From a virus (lineage: Duplodnaviria; Caudoviricetes), in the IMG/VR virus record IMGVR_UViG_3300033067_000927, positions 1 through 25,612 of that record: a DNA stretch of 25,612 nt; one strand, written 5' to 3'. The stretch's first letter is position 1, and each line of letters begins with the position of its first letter. The notes below the pieces were generated by a model, which did not search any database, was not told the DNA's origin, and saw only the letters and a program-made list of their open reading frames with translations. Shown piece after piece: positions 7,109 through 15,998 of the stretch. The position numbers were made by a program, and so were the translations under genes.

Positions 7109-7417
7109 TTATTTTGCGGATTTCTCTATAAAATCTCTTCTAACATATGTCGACCACATGCCATGAATTCCTACTAGAATGGAATCTGAATAGATTTTGT
7201 AAAGACCTGTTTTTCGGTCTGTTATTATGAGTTGATGCTGTTCATTTATTGCGGTAGATATATCAGAATAAGAATACACAGTTGTGTCAACGGTACTTTT
7301 AGGTTCAATAAATTCTCTGTTAATTATGAAGTATAATCCTACAGATAATATACACCAAAATATAGTAACCACTGTCTTTCTTGCGTTTTCTTTGATTTTT
7401 GTCATATTTGCTAACAT
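7109..7417 (-). CDS. Single-pass membrane protein
   Basis: Basic N-terminus and TM segment VVTIFWCILSVGLYFII; RBS AAGGAG; first gene after the early promoter. Confidence 0.75.
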   Translation of the reverse strand: MLANMTKIKENARKTVVTIFWCILSVGLYFIINREFIEPKSTVDTTVYSYSDISTAINEQHQLIITDRKTGLYKIYSDSILVGIHGMWSTYVRRDFIEKSAK

Positions 7418-7445
7418 TTTCTTTACTCCTTTATTACTTTATTTA

Positions 7446-7474
7446 AATATAAAAAATATAACTATAAATGTCAA
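7446..7474 (-). promoter_or_regulatory. sigma70-like early promoter for the leftward operon
   Basis: TTGACA (7474-7469), 17 nt spacer, TATATT (7451-7446), with an AT-rich UP-like region upstream. Confidence 0.85.
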
Positions 7475-7489
7475 GTTATTTTTTATTTT

Positions 7490-7506
7490 TATATTTATAT
7501 AAAAAT
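7490..7506 (+). promoter_or_regulatory. Putative late promoter motif TATATTTATATAAAAAT, copy 1
   Basis: Exact 17-mer, also at 10545, 14171 and 15998; every copy is intergenic and just upstream of a + strand start. Confidence 0.75.
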
Positions 7507-7525
7507 GAACATTTAGAGAAACAAT

Positions 7526-8680
7526 ATGGCATTAACTGGTAACGTAGAGGCATTATTTTTAGAGAATCCTGCATCCCTTTCAGGGGAAATTGGTTCTATT
7601 AGGAACTGGGTGAAGCTTAGACTTGGTTATCCAACATTAAGTGTAGAATTGGAAAACAGTCAGATTGATTCTGCATTTGAAGAGTCTGTAATTGTATTTA
7701 GCGCTGAATTAGCAAAGTTCAAATCTAAAAATTCGTACTTACAATTGTTAGGAATTAAAAAAGATTCCAACTTAGATACTATGTCACCACAACCATCATT
7801 GAAATTTATTAAAAGATATATTTCACAATTTGCTATTGACGCTGGTTCAGGTGCAGGTAAAGTTGGATATAAAAAGGCATTTTTCACTACCTATAATGGA
7901 AGAACTAAATATAGTGTAAATGAACTATTAGATGCTGATACTGGATTATCTATAAGTGGAAGTATAACTGGCACATTAATACCATATCACATTTATTATT
8001 TTAAACCACCATCAGGACATAGATACTTTGACCCTATGCAAGGTAGTAACTTTTTATTGTATAGAGAATTTGGTTCAAGTGATGCGTACGCTATAAATAG
8101 TAGATTATTGTATTCAATGCCACTGTATGAAAACTTACTTAGATTTCAATGGTTTGAAAATTTTGATAAATTATTTAAGGCACAATTTAAATGGAATGTT
8201 GTAGGTCAAGATATATATCTTTCTCCTAGACCACAAAATAATATAAAAGTATATGTTGAGTGGGCTGATTCTGTAGAGATAGATGATGCTTATTCGGATT
8301 TACTATCTAATATTAAAGATGAATCTTTAAGTGCGTTTACATCCAATATAACTAATATACCATTTAAGAATGTAGACTATGATCAGATAAATGATTTTTC
8401 TAAAAATTGGATTAGACAATTCACATTATCAATATGTAAAGAAATGTTGGGATTAGTTCGTGGTAAGATGTTACAAATTCCTACACCTGATTCGGAAGTT
8501 TCTCTTAATTATGCTGAATTATTAGTTGAAGGTAAAGAACAACAACAAGCATTAAAACAAGAGATTAGAGAATTTTTAGACAGTATTATTTCTAGTGAAG
8601 CATTGAAACGAGAAGGTGAAATATTAGATGTATCACAAAAATATTTAAAATTAACTCCACTTAAATTATATTTAAAATAA
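7526..8680 (+). CDS. Neck / head-tail adaptor protein (T4 gp13-like)
   Basis: N-terminal LRLGYPTLSVEL...QID and C-terminal WIRQFTLSICKEMLGLVRGK...P...VSLN..LL.EG are typical of gp13-like neck proteins; first gene of the tail module. Confidence 0.85.
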   Translation: MALTGNVEALFLENPASLSGEIGSIRNWVKLRLGYPTLSVELENSQIDSAFEESVIVFSAELAKFKSKNSYLQLLGIKKDSNLDTMSPQPSLKFIKRYISQFAIDAGSGAGKVGYKKAFFTTYNGRTKYSVNELLDADTGLSISGSITGTLIPYHIYYFKPPSGHRYFDPMQGSNFLLYREFGSSDAYAINSRLLYSMPLYENLLRFQWFENFDKLFKAQFKWNVVGQDIYLSPRPQNNIKVYVEWADSVEIDDAYSDLLSNIKDESLSAFTSNITNIPFKNVDYDQINDFSKNWIRQFTLSICKEMLGLVRGKMLQIPTPDSEVSLNYAELLVEGKEQQQALKQEIREFLDSIISSEALKREGEILDVSQKYLKLTPLKLYLK

Positions 8681-9159
8681 TGGCATTAGAAGAATACCCA
8701 AATTTCAGTACTCAAGTTAAGAATGAAGGAGTTAAAAAACTTTTCATACAAGACTTAGAATATAATTTTATGAATCATATTGCATCAGAATTAATGCAAA
8801 AAATTTCTGGGCAATATGTACATTTATATCGTGTAGATCGACAAAGAACTAAAACTAATTCTTATGGTGAGTCTGTACAAAAAGTTCTTATGGGTGAACC
8901 TGTAAAATTACCTGCATTAGTTGGTGAAACAGTTACTCCAATAAATGATGAATTTTCTATAAGATATAAAAAACAACTTAGAGTATCGTTCTTACAAGTT
9001 TTAAATATCGCATATGGAGTTAATGATGTTTTTCAGGGAGACTTTTTAGAATGGCAACAAAAACGATATGAAATTATAAATATTTCTAGAAATAGAAAAT
9101 TATACGGACAAGAAAATTACACATTTGAGATAATTTGCACCTGTGAAGCGAGAGAATAA
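8680..9159 (+). CDS. Head closure / neck protein (T4 gp14-like)
   Basis: GQYVHLYRV, NSYGES and GDFLEW...YEI motifs; TAATG-coupled to the neck gene. Confidence 0.75.
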   Translation: MALEEYPNFSTQVKNEGVKKLFIQDLEYNFMNHIASELMQKISGQYVHLYRVDRQRTKTNSYGESVQKVLMGEPVKLPALVGETVTPINDEFSIRYKKQLRVSFLQVLNIAYGVNDVFQGDFLEWQQKRYEIINISRNRKLYGQENYTFEIICTCEARE

Positions 9160-9160
9160 A

Positions 9161-9832
9161 ATGAATAATTATATAATATATAAATTATCTTTTCCGAATG
9201 GTAAAATTTACATTGGGCAGACTAAACAACAATTTAGAACAAGAATGCGAGATTATAAAAATTTAAGAAGTTCGGTTGGTCGATGTGTTAAATATGCTAT
9301 TATTAAGTATAAATGGGAAAATGTTAAACAAGAAATATTATATAGAACTACAGAAGAATTCATAGACAATTTAGAAATAGAGACTATTGCAAAATATAAC
9401 TCTACAAATAGAAAATTTGGATATAATATAGAAATTGGTGGAAGTAGCAATAAAATTGGATTTAAAGGAAGAAAACATTCCGAACATAGCAAAAAACTAA
9501 TAAGTAAAAGTCATATTGATGTTTCGGGTAAAAATAATCCTATGTTTGGTGTTCATAGATATGGAGAAAATGCTCCTAATTATGGCAATAAACATTCAAA
9601 TGAAACTAAAGAAAAACAACGAAGAGCTAAATTAGGAACAATTAATATTAAAAACTATAAATCCGTTAATGTATATACTAAAAATAACGAATTTATAAAA
9701 ATGTTTAAATCAATTAAACATGCATCGGAAGAATTAAACGTATCATCACCACACATTTCTTCTGTTTGTAAAGGTAAATTAAAATCTACTGGTGGGTATA
9801 TTTTTAAATATAATGAGAATAATAATGTCTAA
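9161..9832 (+). mobile_element. Free-standing GIY-YIG homing endonuclease (NUMOD3 + NUMOD1/IENR1-type HTH), HEG1
   Basis: YIIYKL...KIYIGQT, R..Y, LEIETI, GYNI; KHSEHSKK and KHSNETKEK repeats; FKSIKHASEELNV...GGYIFKY. The ATG at 9161 is preferred to the GTG at 9143. Confidence 0.9.
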
Positions 9833-10535
9833 TGAAGATAAAAGTCATTCAAAATTTAGATTACAATTAGAAAACTTAAATAGTGCAATAGTCCATTATT
9901 TTAATGAAGACTTCCCATTATTTATAGATGATGCTAATGGCAACAAACAAAAAGTTAATGTGAAGTATAATGTAGGGGAAACTTGGGAACAAGTTTCAGA
10001 AATAGAAACTCAGCAATCTAAGGGAGATTTTATTATACAAAAACCTATTGCCACTTTAAGAAGTGTAGGGATTGAACCAATTAAAGAATGGAATAGATTA
10101 CCTAAACATATTATTACTTTAGATAAGCAAATATTTAAGAATCCTGAGACCAGAAAACGTGATTTTATTCCTAAAAAGAATGCTGTTCCTGTGTATGAAT
10201 ATACTTTAATGAGATATCCAACTCACTATAGACGAATGTATAGATTATCATTATGGACTGATTATGTTGTTAATCAGGATAATTTGTTAGAATCTTTGAT
10301 GGCTACTTTAATGGCATCAAATACTATAATGGTTAAAAGCGAACAATATAATACTTTAGGATTTATGACCAATATGACCGATGATAATAATTTCGATAAA
10401 CGAAGTGATGACTTAAGAACATTAAAAAACTATATAGATTTTGAATTTGAAGGATATTTAGTATCACCAGATTCTATTTTTAAAAGAAGAACTTATTCGC
10501 ACGTTAAAATAACGGAAGAAATAGTAAAAAATTAA
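9825..10535 (+). CDS. Tail terminator / sheath stabiliser (T4 gp15-like)
   Basis: Lies between the neck and sheath genes; V.Y..GETW, KPIATLR, YPTHY...Y.L.LWT and FEFEGYL. The likely start is ATG 9825 (MSNEDK), overlapping the HEG1 end. Confidence 0.72.
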   Translation: MSNEDKSHSKFRLQLENLNSAIVHYFNEDFPLFIDDANGNKQKVNVKYNVGETWEQVSEIETQQSKGDFIIQKPIATLRSVGIEPIKEWNRLPKHIITLDKQIFKNPETRKRDFIPKKNAVPVYEYTLMRYPTHYRRMYRLSLWTDYVVNQDNLLESLMATLMASNTIMVKSEQYNTLGFMTNMTDDNNFDKRSDDLRTLKNYIDFEFEGYLVSPDSIFKRRTYSHVKITEEIVKN

Positions 10536-10544
10536 GAAAAAAAT

Positions 10545-10561
10545 TATATTTATATAAAAAT
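10545..10561 (+). promoter_or_regulatory. Putative late promoter motif, copy 2
   Basis: Exact TATATTTATATAAAAAT upstream of the sheath gene. Confidence 0.75.
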
Positions 10562-10590
10562 ACAATAAAATTATAAACGGAGAATAAACA

Positions 10591-12981
10591 ATGGCAGTTC
10601 GTGTAAGCCCAATATCAAATATACAAGAGAGAGACTTGTCATATTTGCCACAGGCAATTACTGAAATACCTTACATGTATGTGGGTCTTTTTGAAAAAGG
10701 TAAGGCATTTGTACCGCAATATTTCAATCTATACGAAAACTATGTTGTAGAACATGGAGTTCCTACATCAGATCATAAAATCGGATATGCTGTTAAAGGA
10801 CGAATGGATAATGGTGGAAATGTTGCCACAGTTAGAATTTTAGGTCAATATGGATATGTTCCAAAAACTGGTTACGCAATAACAGGTGATGGGAAAATTC
10901 TTGGTGTGATAAGAGGAGATGAAACACTTTCAATATCTGCAGGTTCGGTTGTTAGTGCATTACATTTAGGTGTAAGTTCTGGAGTTTCATCAACATCTGC
11001 ATATTTTAGAAGTTTATCATTATTACCTTCACAGACTATTAATTATTTAAAAAATATTATTAGTTCTGTTGCACATAGACCAACAACACAAGCAAATAAT
11101 TATACATTAAAATTAGCAAATAATAATGCTAGTATTTATGTTGAAAGATTATTCCAATGGCATATAGATACTTTGGCTTCAAGTGCTTCTGTTGGTATAG
11201 TAGCTCTTACAGCATTAAATTCTTATATGAGTTCATATAGTAATTCATATACTCCAACTATAGTATCTCAACCTGTTAATGGTCAAGTATTTGATCTGTT
11301 CAAAATAAATACAGTTTCTGATGGTAAATCGTCAGTTAAATTAAAAGTAGGTTTTGATAATATCAATGACAAAAATGGAACATTTAGTATGTTTGTTAGA
11401 GATTGGAATGATACTGATAAAAATCCTACATTCTTAGAGACTTGGAATAACTTATCATTAAATCCAGAATCTGAAAGATATATTGGTGAAGTTTTAGGTA
11501 ACAGTATTATAACTGTTGCTGGTGATGGTACTGTATCTGAAATAGGAGATTTCCCAAATAAATCTAAATATATTTATTTGACAGAATTAAACGATGTTCT
11601 ACCTGAAGGTATTACTGCTGTTCCTGGTGGATTTGCAGGATATCGAGGTTATGGTGATTCTACATTAAGTTTGTACGAACCAACATTACCATTGAAGAGA
11701 AATCAATATGATACTAGTGGTCAAGTATTACCGAGTGTATTCCCAGGTGTAGATTTTACAAAAGCAAATGTATATGACTTTTTACCTAAGAGACCTATAA
11801 ATATGGTTCAAGGTTCACTTTCTACTTATAAAGGATTTTTACTTTATGATGGATTAGAAAGTTCATCTCTTAGTGCTCAATTTTTAGGTATGAATCCTGG
11901 TGCTTATGGAAGTTCTAATTATAATTCAAGTACTTATGTAGCATCTACTACAGGAGCTTATATAAGTGCAAGTAATAACATAGTAGCATCTAATAAATTT
12001 ATCGTTGCTGTTATGGGTGGATTTGATGGTCTTAATGAAGAAAAAGAAATATCTGAAAGATTAGACTTTGCAAACAAAGTTAGTGGTTCAACTACTGTTC
12101 CTACTGCAAATGCATTAGAATCTATGGGATATTTAGATTTCAAACTGGCTATAGATGCAATTGAATCTCCAGATTTTGTAGATTATAAATTATTGTTTAC
12201 TCCATCTATTACTAATAGACAGTCTATTCAATATGCATTTTCTATGATAGAAGCAAGAGCAGATGCATTTTATGTTCCTGATATGGTTTCTGCTACTGCG
12301 GATGATACAGCATTAATATCCGAAGCTGAATTATATGATACTTCTTATGGTGCAGTTTATTATCCTGGTATAAAACAAAGAGATACAAGTTCAGGTAAAT
12401 ATCAATGGTATAATTCATCTATCATCTTGTCGGAAGTTATGGCATACAATGATAGTGTTGCATATCCCTGGTACGCCGCCGCTGGATATAAACGTGGTGT
12501 TGTAAAGAACGCTTATATGGCATATAAAACATTAAATAAAACTCAGAGAGATAACTTATATAGTAACAGAATAAATGCTATTGCTACATTCAAATCTCAA
12601 GGACAAAATGTAATAGTTGTTTGGGGTAATAGAACATTACAGAAAAAATCAAGTGCTCTTTCTGATGTTAACATTAGAAGAATGATTATAGAAGCAAGAA
12701 AATTTGTTAGTTCTGTTGCTAACAGATTATTGTTCGAACCTAATGATATAGAGTTGATGGACCAATTTAAGAGAACAACAACTCCTTATTTTGAGAATGT
12801 TAAAGCATTGCGTGGTTTACAAGACTTTAGAGTTGTGATGGATAGTTCTACTACATCACCAGATGATAGAGATAATAACAGATTAAATGGTTCAATTATA
12901 TTAAAACCTACTAAATCTACAGAAGAAATAAACATAGGTTTTATTATAACTAAACAAAGTGCGAATTTTGATGACTTATAA
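10591..12981 (+). CDS. Contractile tail sheath protein (T4 gp18-like)
   Basis: VSP..ERDLS N-terminus, G.FEKG.AFVP, YGAVYYP, PWYAAAGYKRG, RDNLYSNRINAI, VWGNRTL, INIRR, LFEPND and LKPTKSTEEI; RBS GGAG. Confidence 0.97.
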   Translation: MAVRVSPISNIQERDLSYLPQAITEIPYMYVGLFEKGKAFVPQYFNLYENYVVEHGVPTSDHKIGYAVKGRMDNGGNVATVRILGQYGYVPKTGYAITGDGKILGVIRGDETLSISAGSVVSALHLGVSSGVSSTSAYFRSLSLLPSQTINYLKNIISSVAHRPTTQANNYTLKLANNNASIYVERLFQWHIDTLASSASVGIVALTALNSYMSSYSNSYTPTIVSQPVNGQVFDLFKINTVSDGKSSVKLKVGFDNINDKNGTFSMFVRDWNDTDKNPTFLETWNNLSLNPESERYIGEVLGNSIITVAGDGTVSEIGDFPNKSKYIYLTELNDVLPEGITAVPGGFAGYRGYGDSTLSLYEPTLPLKRNQYDTSGQVLPSVFPGVDFTKANVYDFLPKRPINMVQGSLSTYKGFLLYDGLESSSLSAQFLGMNPGAYGSSNYNSSTYVASTTGAYISASNNIVASNKFIVAVMGGFDGLNEEKEISERLDFANKVSGSTTVPTANALESMGYLDFKLAIDAIESPDFVDYKLLFTPSITNRQSIQYAFSMIEARADAFYVPDMVSATADDTALISEAELYDTSYGAVYYPGIKQRDTSSGKYQWYNSSIILSEVMAYNDSVAYPWYAAAGYKRGVVKNAYMAYKTLNKTQRDNLYSNRINAIATFKSQGQNVIVVWGNRTLQKKSSALSDVNIRRMIIEARKFVSSVANRLLFEPNDIELMDQFKRTTTPYFENVKALRGLQDFRVVMDSSTTSPDDRDNNRLNGSIILKPTKSTEEINIGFIITKQSANFDDL

Positions 12982-13004
12982 AATATAAAACGGAGAATTA
13001 AACA

Positions 13005-13550
13005 ATGGCAGATATTGTAAACATAGCCGCTCTACATCGTAAAACTTTAGAGTATAAAAGACAGAACTTATGGATTATAAGCATCGATGGACTCGATGCT
13101 TATACAGCTCAATCAACAGGTAGACCTAGACTTGCGTTAGGAGATACTGAGCAAGTGAATTACGTATCCACATATTCTGTATATCAAGCAGGTCGTGGTA
13201 AATGGCAACCTGTAGATATGACTCTTAACGACCCAATAAATCCATCTGCAAGTCAGAAATTGCATGACTTGATTCAGAAACAATGGAATTGGCAAACAGG
13301 TAGAGTTGGAGCTAAATTTCAGTATGCTCAAGATATGGTAATAAAATTACTTGCACCAGATTTTGAACAAGCAAAAACTGAAGATGAAGGTATCATAGAA
13401 ATATGGACTTTAAAGAATGCATTTTTTGGTGATATAAATTGGAATGGTGCTCCATTAGATTATGATGCAACAGCACGTTTGAAAGTTGATCTTACTATTA
13501 ATTATGACGCCGCTATTCCAGAATTTAAACAACAAGGTAGATACACATAA
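13005..13550 (+). CDS. Tail tube protein (T4 gp19-like), paralog 1
   Basis: Directly after the sheath gene; KRQNLW, GRGKWQPVDMTLNDP, EIWTLKNAF and LDYD...INYD. Its leader ACGGAGAATTAAACAATGGCAG is nearly identical to the sheath leader. Confidence 0.9.
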   Translation: MADIVNIAALHRKTLEYKRQNLWIISIDGLDAYTAQSTGRPRLALGDTEQVNYVSTYSVYQAGRGKWQPVDMTLNDPINPSASQKLHDLIQKQWNWQTGRVGAKFQYAQDMVIKLLAPDFEQAKTEDEGIIEIWTLKNAFFGDINWNGAPLDYDATARLKVDLTINYDAAIPEFKQQGRYT

Positions 13551-13552
13551 TA

Positions 13553-14134
13553 ATGCCAGATAATCTCTTACAATCAATAGGAGAAGCTATAAAAGATTAC
13601 GCAGGTGAAACAGTAGATAAATTCTATGTTGACCCTGCGTTTGGTATTCATAGGCTTCTGGAATACAAACGTGAAAACTTATGGATTGTTTACCATGATG
13701 AATATCCTGCTTGGTTGGTCACTGCTATTGATAGACCTAAAATGAGTACAGGTTCTACAAAGAAAATAAAATATATCAATACTCACGAAAAACTTGCTCA
13801 AGGACATGGTGAATGGAAACCTATATCTATAACATTCCATGAAGCAATAGTTCCCAACATAGCATACACCATATATACTCAATTAAGAAAACAATGGGAA
13901 TATAATACTGCAAATGTAGGATATAAAGATGATTATGTTATAAAAAATTTCCAATTAAGAATGCTAGACCCAAATGGTATAGTAATTGAAACTTGGATTT
14001 TACACGATGCTTTTATTACTGGTGATGTTGATTTTGGTAAATTATCGTATGATTCTTTAGCAAGAGTTAAATCCACAATATCTTTAGATTATTCTTGGGC
14101 TGAACTTATATTAGGTGGAACACCTAATTTATAG
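13553..14134 (+). CDS. Tail tube-like protein, paralog 2
   Basis: EYKRENLW, RPKM, GEWKPISITF, LDPNGIVIETWILHDAF and FGKLSYD...LDY align clearly to paralog 1. Confidence 0.88.
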   Translation: MPDNLLQSIGEAIKDYAGETVDKFYVDPAFGIHRLLEYKRENLWIVYHDEYPAWLVTAIDRPKMSTGSTKKIKYINTHEKLAQGHGEWKPISITFHEAIVPNIAYTIYTQLRKQWEYNTANVGYKDDYVIKNFQLRMLDPNGIVIETWILHDAFITGDVDFGKLSYDSLARVKSTISLDYSWAELILGGTPNL

Positions 14135-14170
14135 TTTTACGCACCAACCGATCTCAAATTTACATTTCCG

Positions 14171-14187
14171 TATATTTATATAAAAAT
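14171..14187 (+). promoter_or_regulatory. Putative late promoter motif, copy 3
   Basis: Exact TATATTTATATAAAAAT upstream of HEG2. Confidence 0.72.
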
Positions 14188-14200
14188 AACAATTGAAAAT

Positions 14201-14923
14201 ATGCAATACTTTCACATAATATATAAACTAATATTCCCAAATAATAAAATATATATTGGGCAAACTATAGATTTTGATAGAAGAATGAACGAATATAAAA
14301 ATAAAAGTAATAATAAAAAATATAACATAGTAGTTTATAAAGCAATTCGCAAATATGGATGGGATAATGTTAAACAAGAAATAATGTTTACAGTTCCAAC
14401 AGAATTTGTTAATGAATTGGAAACTGTGATGATTGCCGAACATAATGCCACCAATAAGAAATTTGGATACAATATATTAGAAATAGGAAGAAGTACTATA
14501 GGATTTAGACATTCCGAAAAAACTAAAAACAGAATTAGAGAACAAAAAATAGGAATTAGTAGAAGTGATGAAATTAGGAAAAAAATAAGTAAATCACTAA
14601 AAGGAAAATATAGTAATAGTGATAATCCTATGTTTGATGTTCATAGATTTGGGAAAGATGCTCCATTTTATAATAAAAAACACACAGAAGAGTCTAAAAA
14701 TAAAATAGGTGCATCGAGTAAGGGCAGAAAACATTCAGAAGAATCTAAAGAAAAACAATCCAAACTTATAACAGTATATAGTAAATGTGGAGATTTTATA
14801 AAAGATTTTAAATCTATAAGTAAAGCATCTGTGGAATTAAAAACTGGTATTACTTCTATTAGCAATAATCTATCTAACAGAAGTAAAACTGCTAATGGGT
14901 ATATTTTTAAATATAATAATTAA
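14201..14923 (+). mobile_element. Free-standing GIY-YIG homing endonuclease (NUMOD3 + NUMOD1), HEG2
   Basis: HIIYKL...KIYIGQT, RRMNEY, LETVMI, GYNI; RHSEKTK, KHTEESK and KHSEESK repeats; FKSISKASVEL...NGYIFKY. Confidence 0.9.
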
Positions 14924-14934
14924 AAGGAATAATT

Positions 14935-15726
14935 ATGAATAGTGATATGAAAGAAACACTAGGAATGACACAATCAATTAAGTTACCATCTCAAGGATTA
15001 ATTTACTCACCAGATCATCCGTTTCACAAAAAAACAGATATTATGATAAATTTGCTGACAGGTGCGGATGAAAATTTATTAACAACTAAGTCTTTAATTC
15101 AAAGTGGACAATTAACAGATAAATTACTAAAAAGAATTTTAGTTGATGATGTTAATGTAGATTCGTTATTGTTAGGTGATAAATACGCCGCTTTAGTTTT
15201 TGCAAGAATTTATAGTATGGGAACAGATTATCAAGCAATAGCAACTTGTGAATATTGTGGTGAAACTGACAAATATGATTTTGATCTTTCTAATGTACCA
15301 GTAAAATACTTAGATGAAAGTGCTAAACAAATTAGTCCATATACAAATTTATTTGAATTTACTACAAGTGTTGGTAACACAATTAAATTCAAATTATCTA
15401 CTGTAGAATCTGCAAGAATAGTTGATCGTGATATTGAAGCAGAAAGAAATTTCAATAAAAAAAGAAAACTTAAAGATGCTACAGATAGACTAATATTTCA
15501 TACTTATAGAAATTTGATAGTATCGGTAAATGATGTTGAGGATAGAATAGCAATAGATGAATTCCTAAAAGGTTCTATTGCAGAGAGTCGACAATTCAGA
15601 GAACATATGAAAACAATATCTCCCACAGTAGAATTTAATGGGCAATTCTATTGCATGAACTGTGGTAAAGATAACGTTGATGTTCCTCTGGATTTTAACC
15701 ATAACTTTTTTTGGTCTAATTTTTAA
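14935..15726 (+). CDS. Baseplate hub / tail assembly chaperone-like protein (family often annotated T4 gp26-like) with two CxxC pairs
   Basis: IKLPSQGLIY, LTGADENLL, LLLGDK.A..ARI..G.DY, TCEYCG, YCMNCG and a terminal FFW; RBS AAGGA; upstream of the tape measure gene. Confidence 0.8.
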   Translation: MNSDMKETLGMTQSIKLPSQGLIYSPDHPFHKKTDIMINLLTGADENLLTTKSLIQSGQLTDKLLKRILVDDVNVDSLLLGDKYAALVFARIYSMGTDYQAIATCEYCGETDKYDFDLSNVPVKYLDESAKQISPYTNLFEFTTSVGNTIKFKLSTVESARIVDRDIEAERNFNKKRKLKDATDRLIFHTYRNLIVSVNDVEDRIAIDEFLKGSIAESRQFREHMKTISPTVEFNGQFYCMNCGKDNVDVPLDFNHNFFWSNF

Positions 15727-15976
15727 TGTTGACGTAAATGATGAAATTCTCTTGGATTATCAAGAGAATTTATTGAAAGAAATTGATTTTCTTTGCATTT
15801 ACGGTGGATTGTCCTTGTTGGAATCGTATTCTATTCCTGTCATAAGACGAAAAATCTTTATAAATAACTTTAATTATTTTAAAGATTTGGAAAGAAAAGA
15901 AGTAGATAAACAAATGGGTAAAGGTGATGATGGACCGTCACATAGACCTAATTTCGACAAAGTTTCATTCAAATAA
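15662..15976 (+). CDS. Small chaperone-associated ORF (gp51-like); probably expressed as a +1 frameshift extension of the upstream gene
   Basis: Coding-like EIDFLCIYGGLSLLESYSIPVIRRKIF in the +1 frame with no RBS-backed start. It overlaps the upstream ORF across a T7 run (15706-15712). Confidence 0.65.
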   Translation: MVKITLMFLWILTITFFGLIFNVDVNDEILLDYQENLLKEIDFLCIYGGLSLLESYSIPVIRRKIFINNFNYFKDLERKEVDKQMGKGDDGPSHRPNFDKVSFK

Positions 15977-15998
15977 CCGCTCGTTTTGGGCGGTTTTT
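15975..15998 (+). terminator. Rho-independent terminator
   Basis: AACCGCTC-GTTTT-GGGCGGTT stem-loop followed by a T-run, right after the stop at 15976. Confidence 0.75.

Noticed and set aside
9161-14923. Group I introns around the GIY-YIG genes
   Set aside because: Flanking genes appear complete with their own starts and stops, and the spacers are too short for a ribozyme core.
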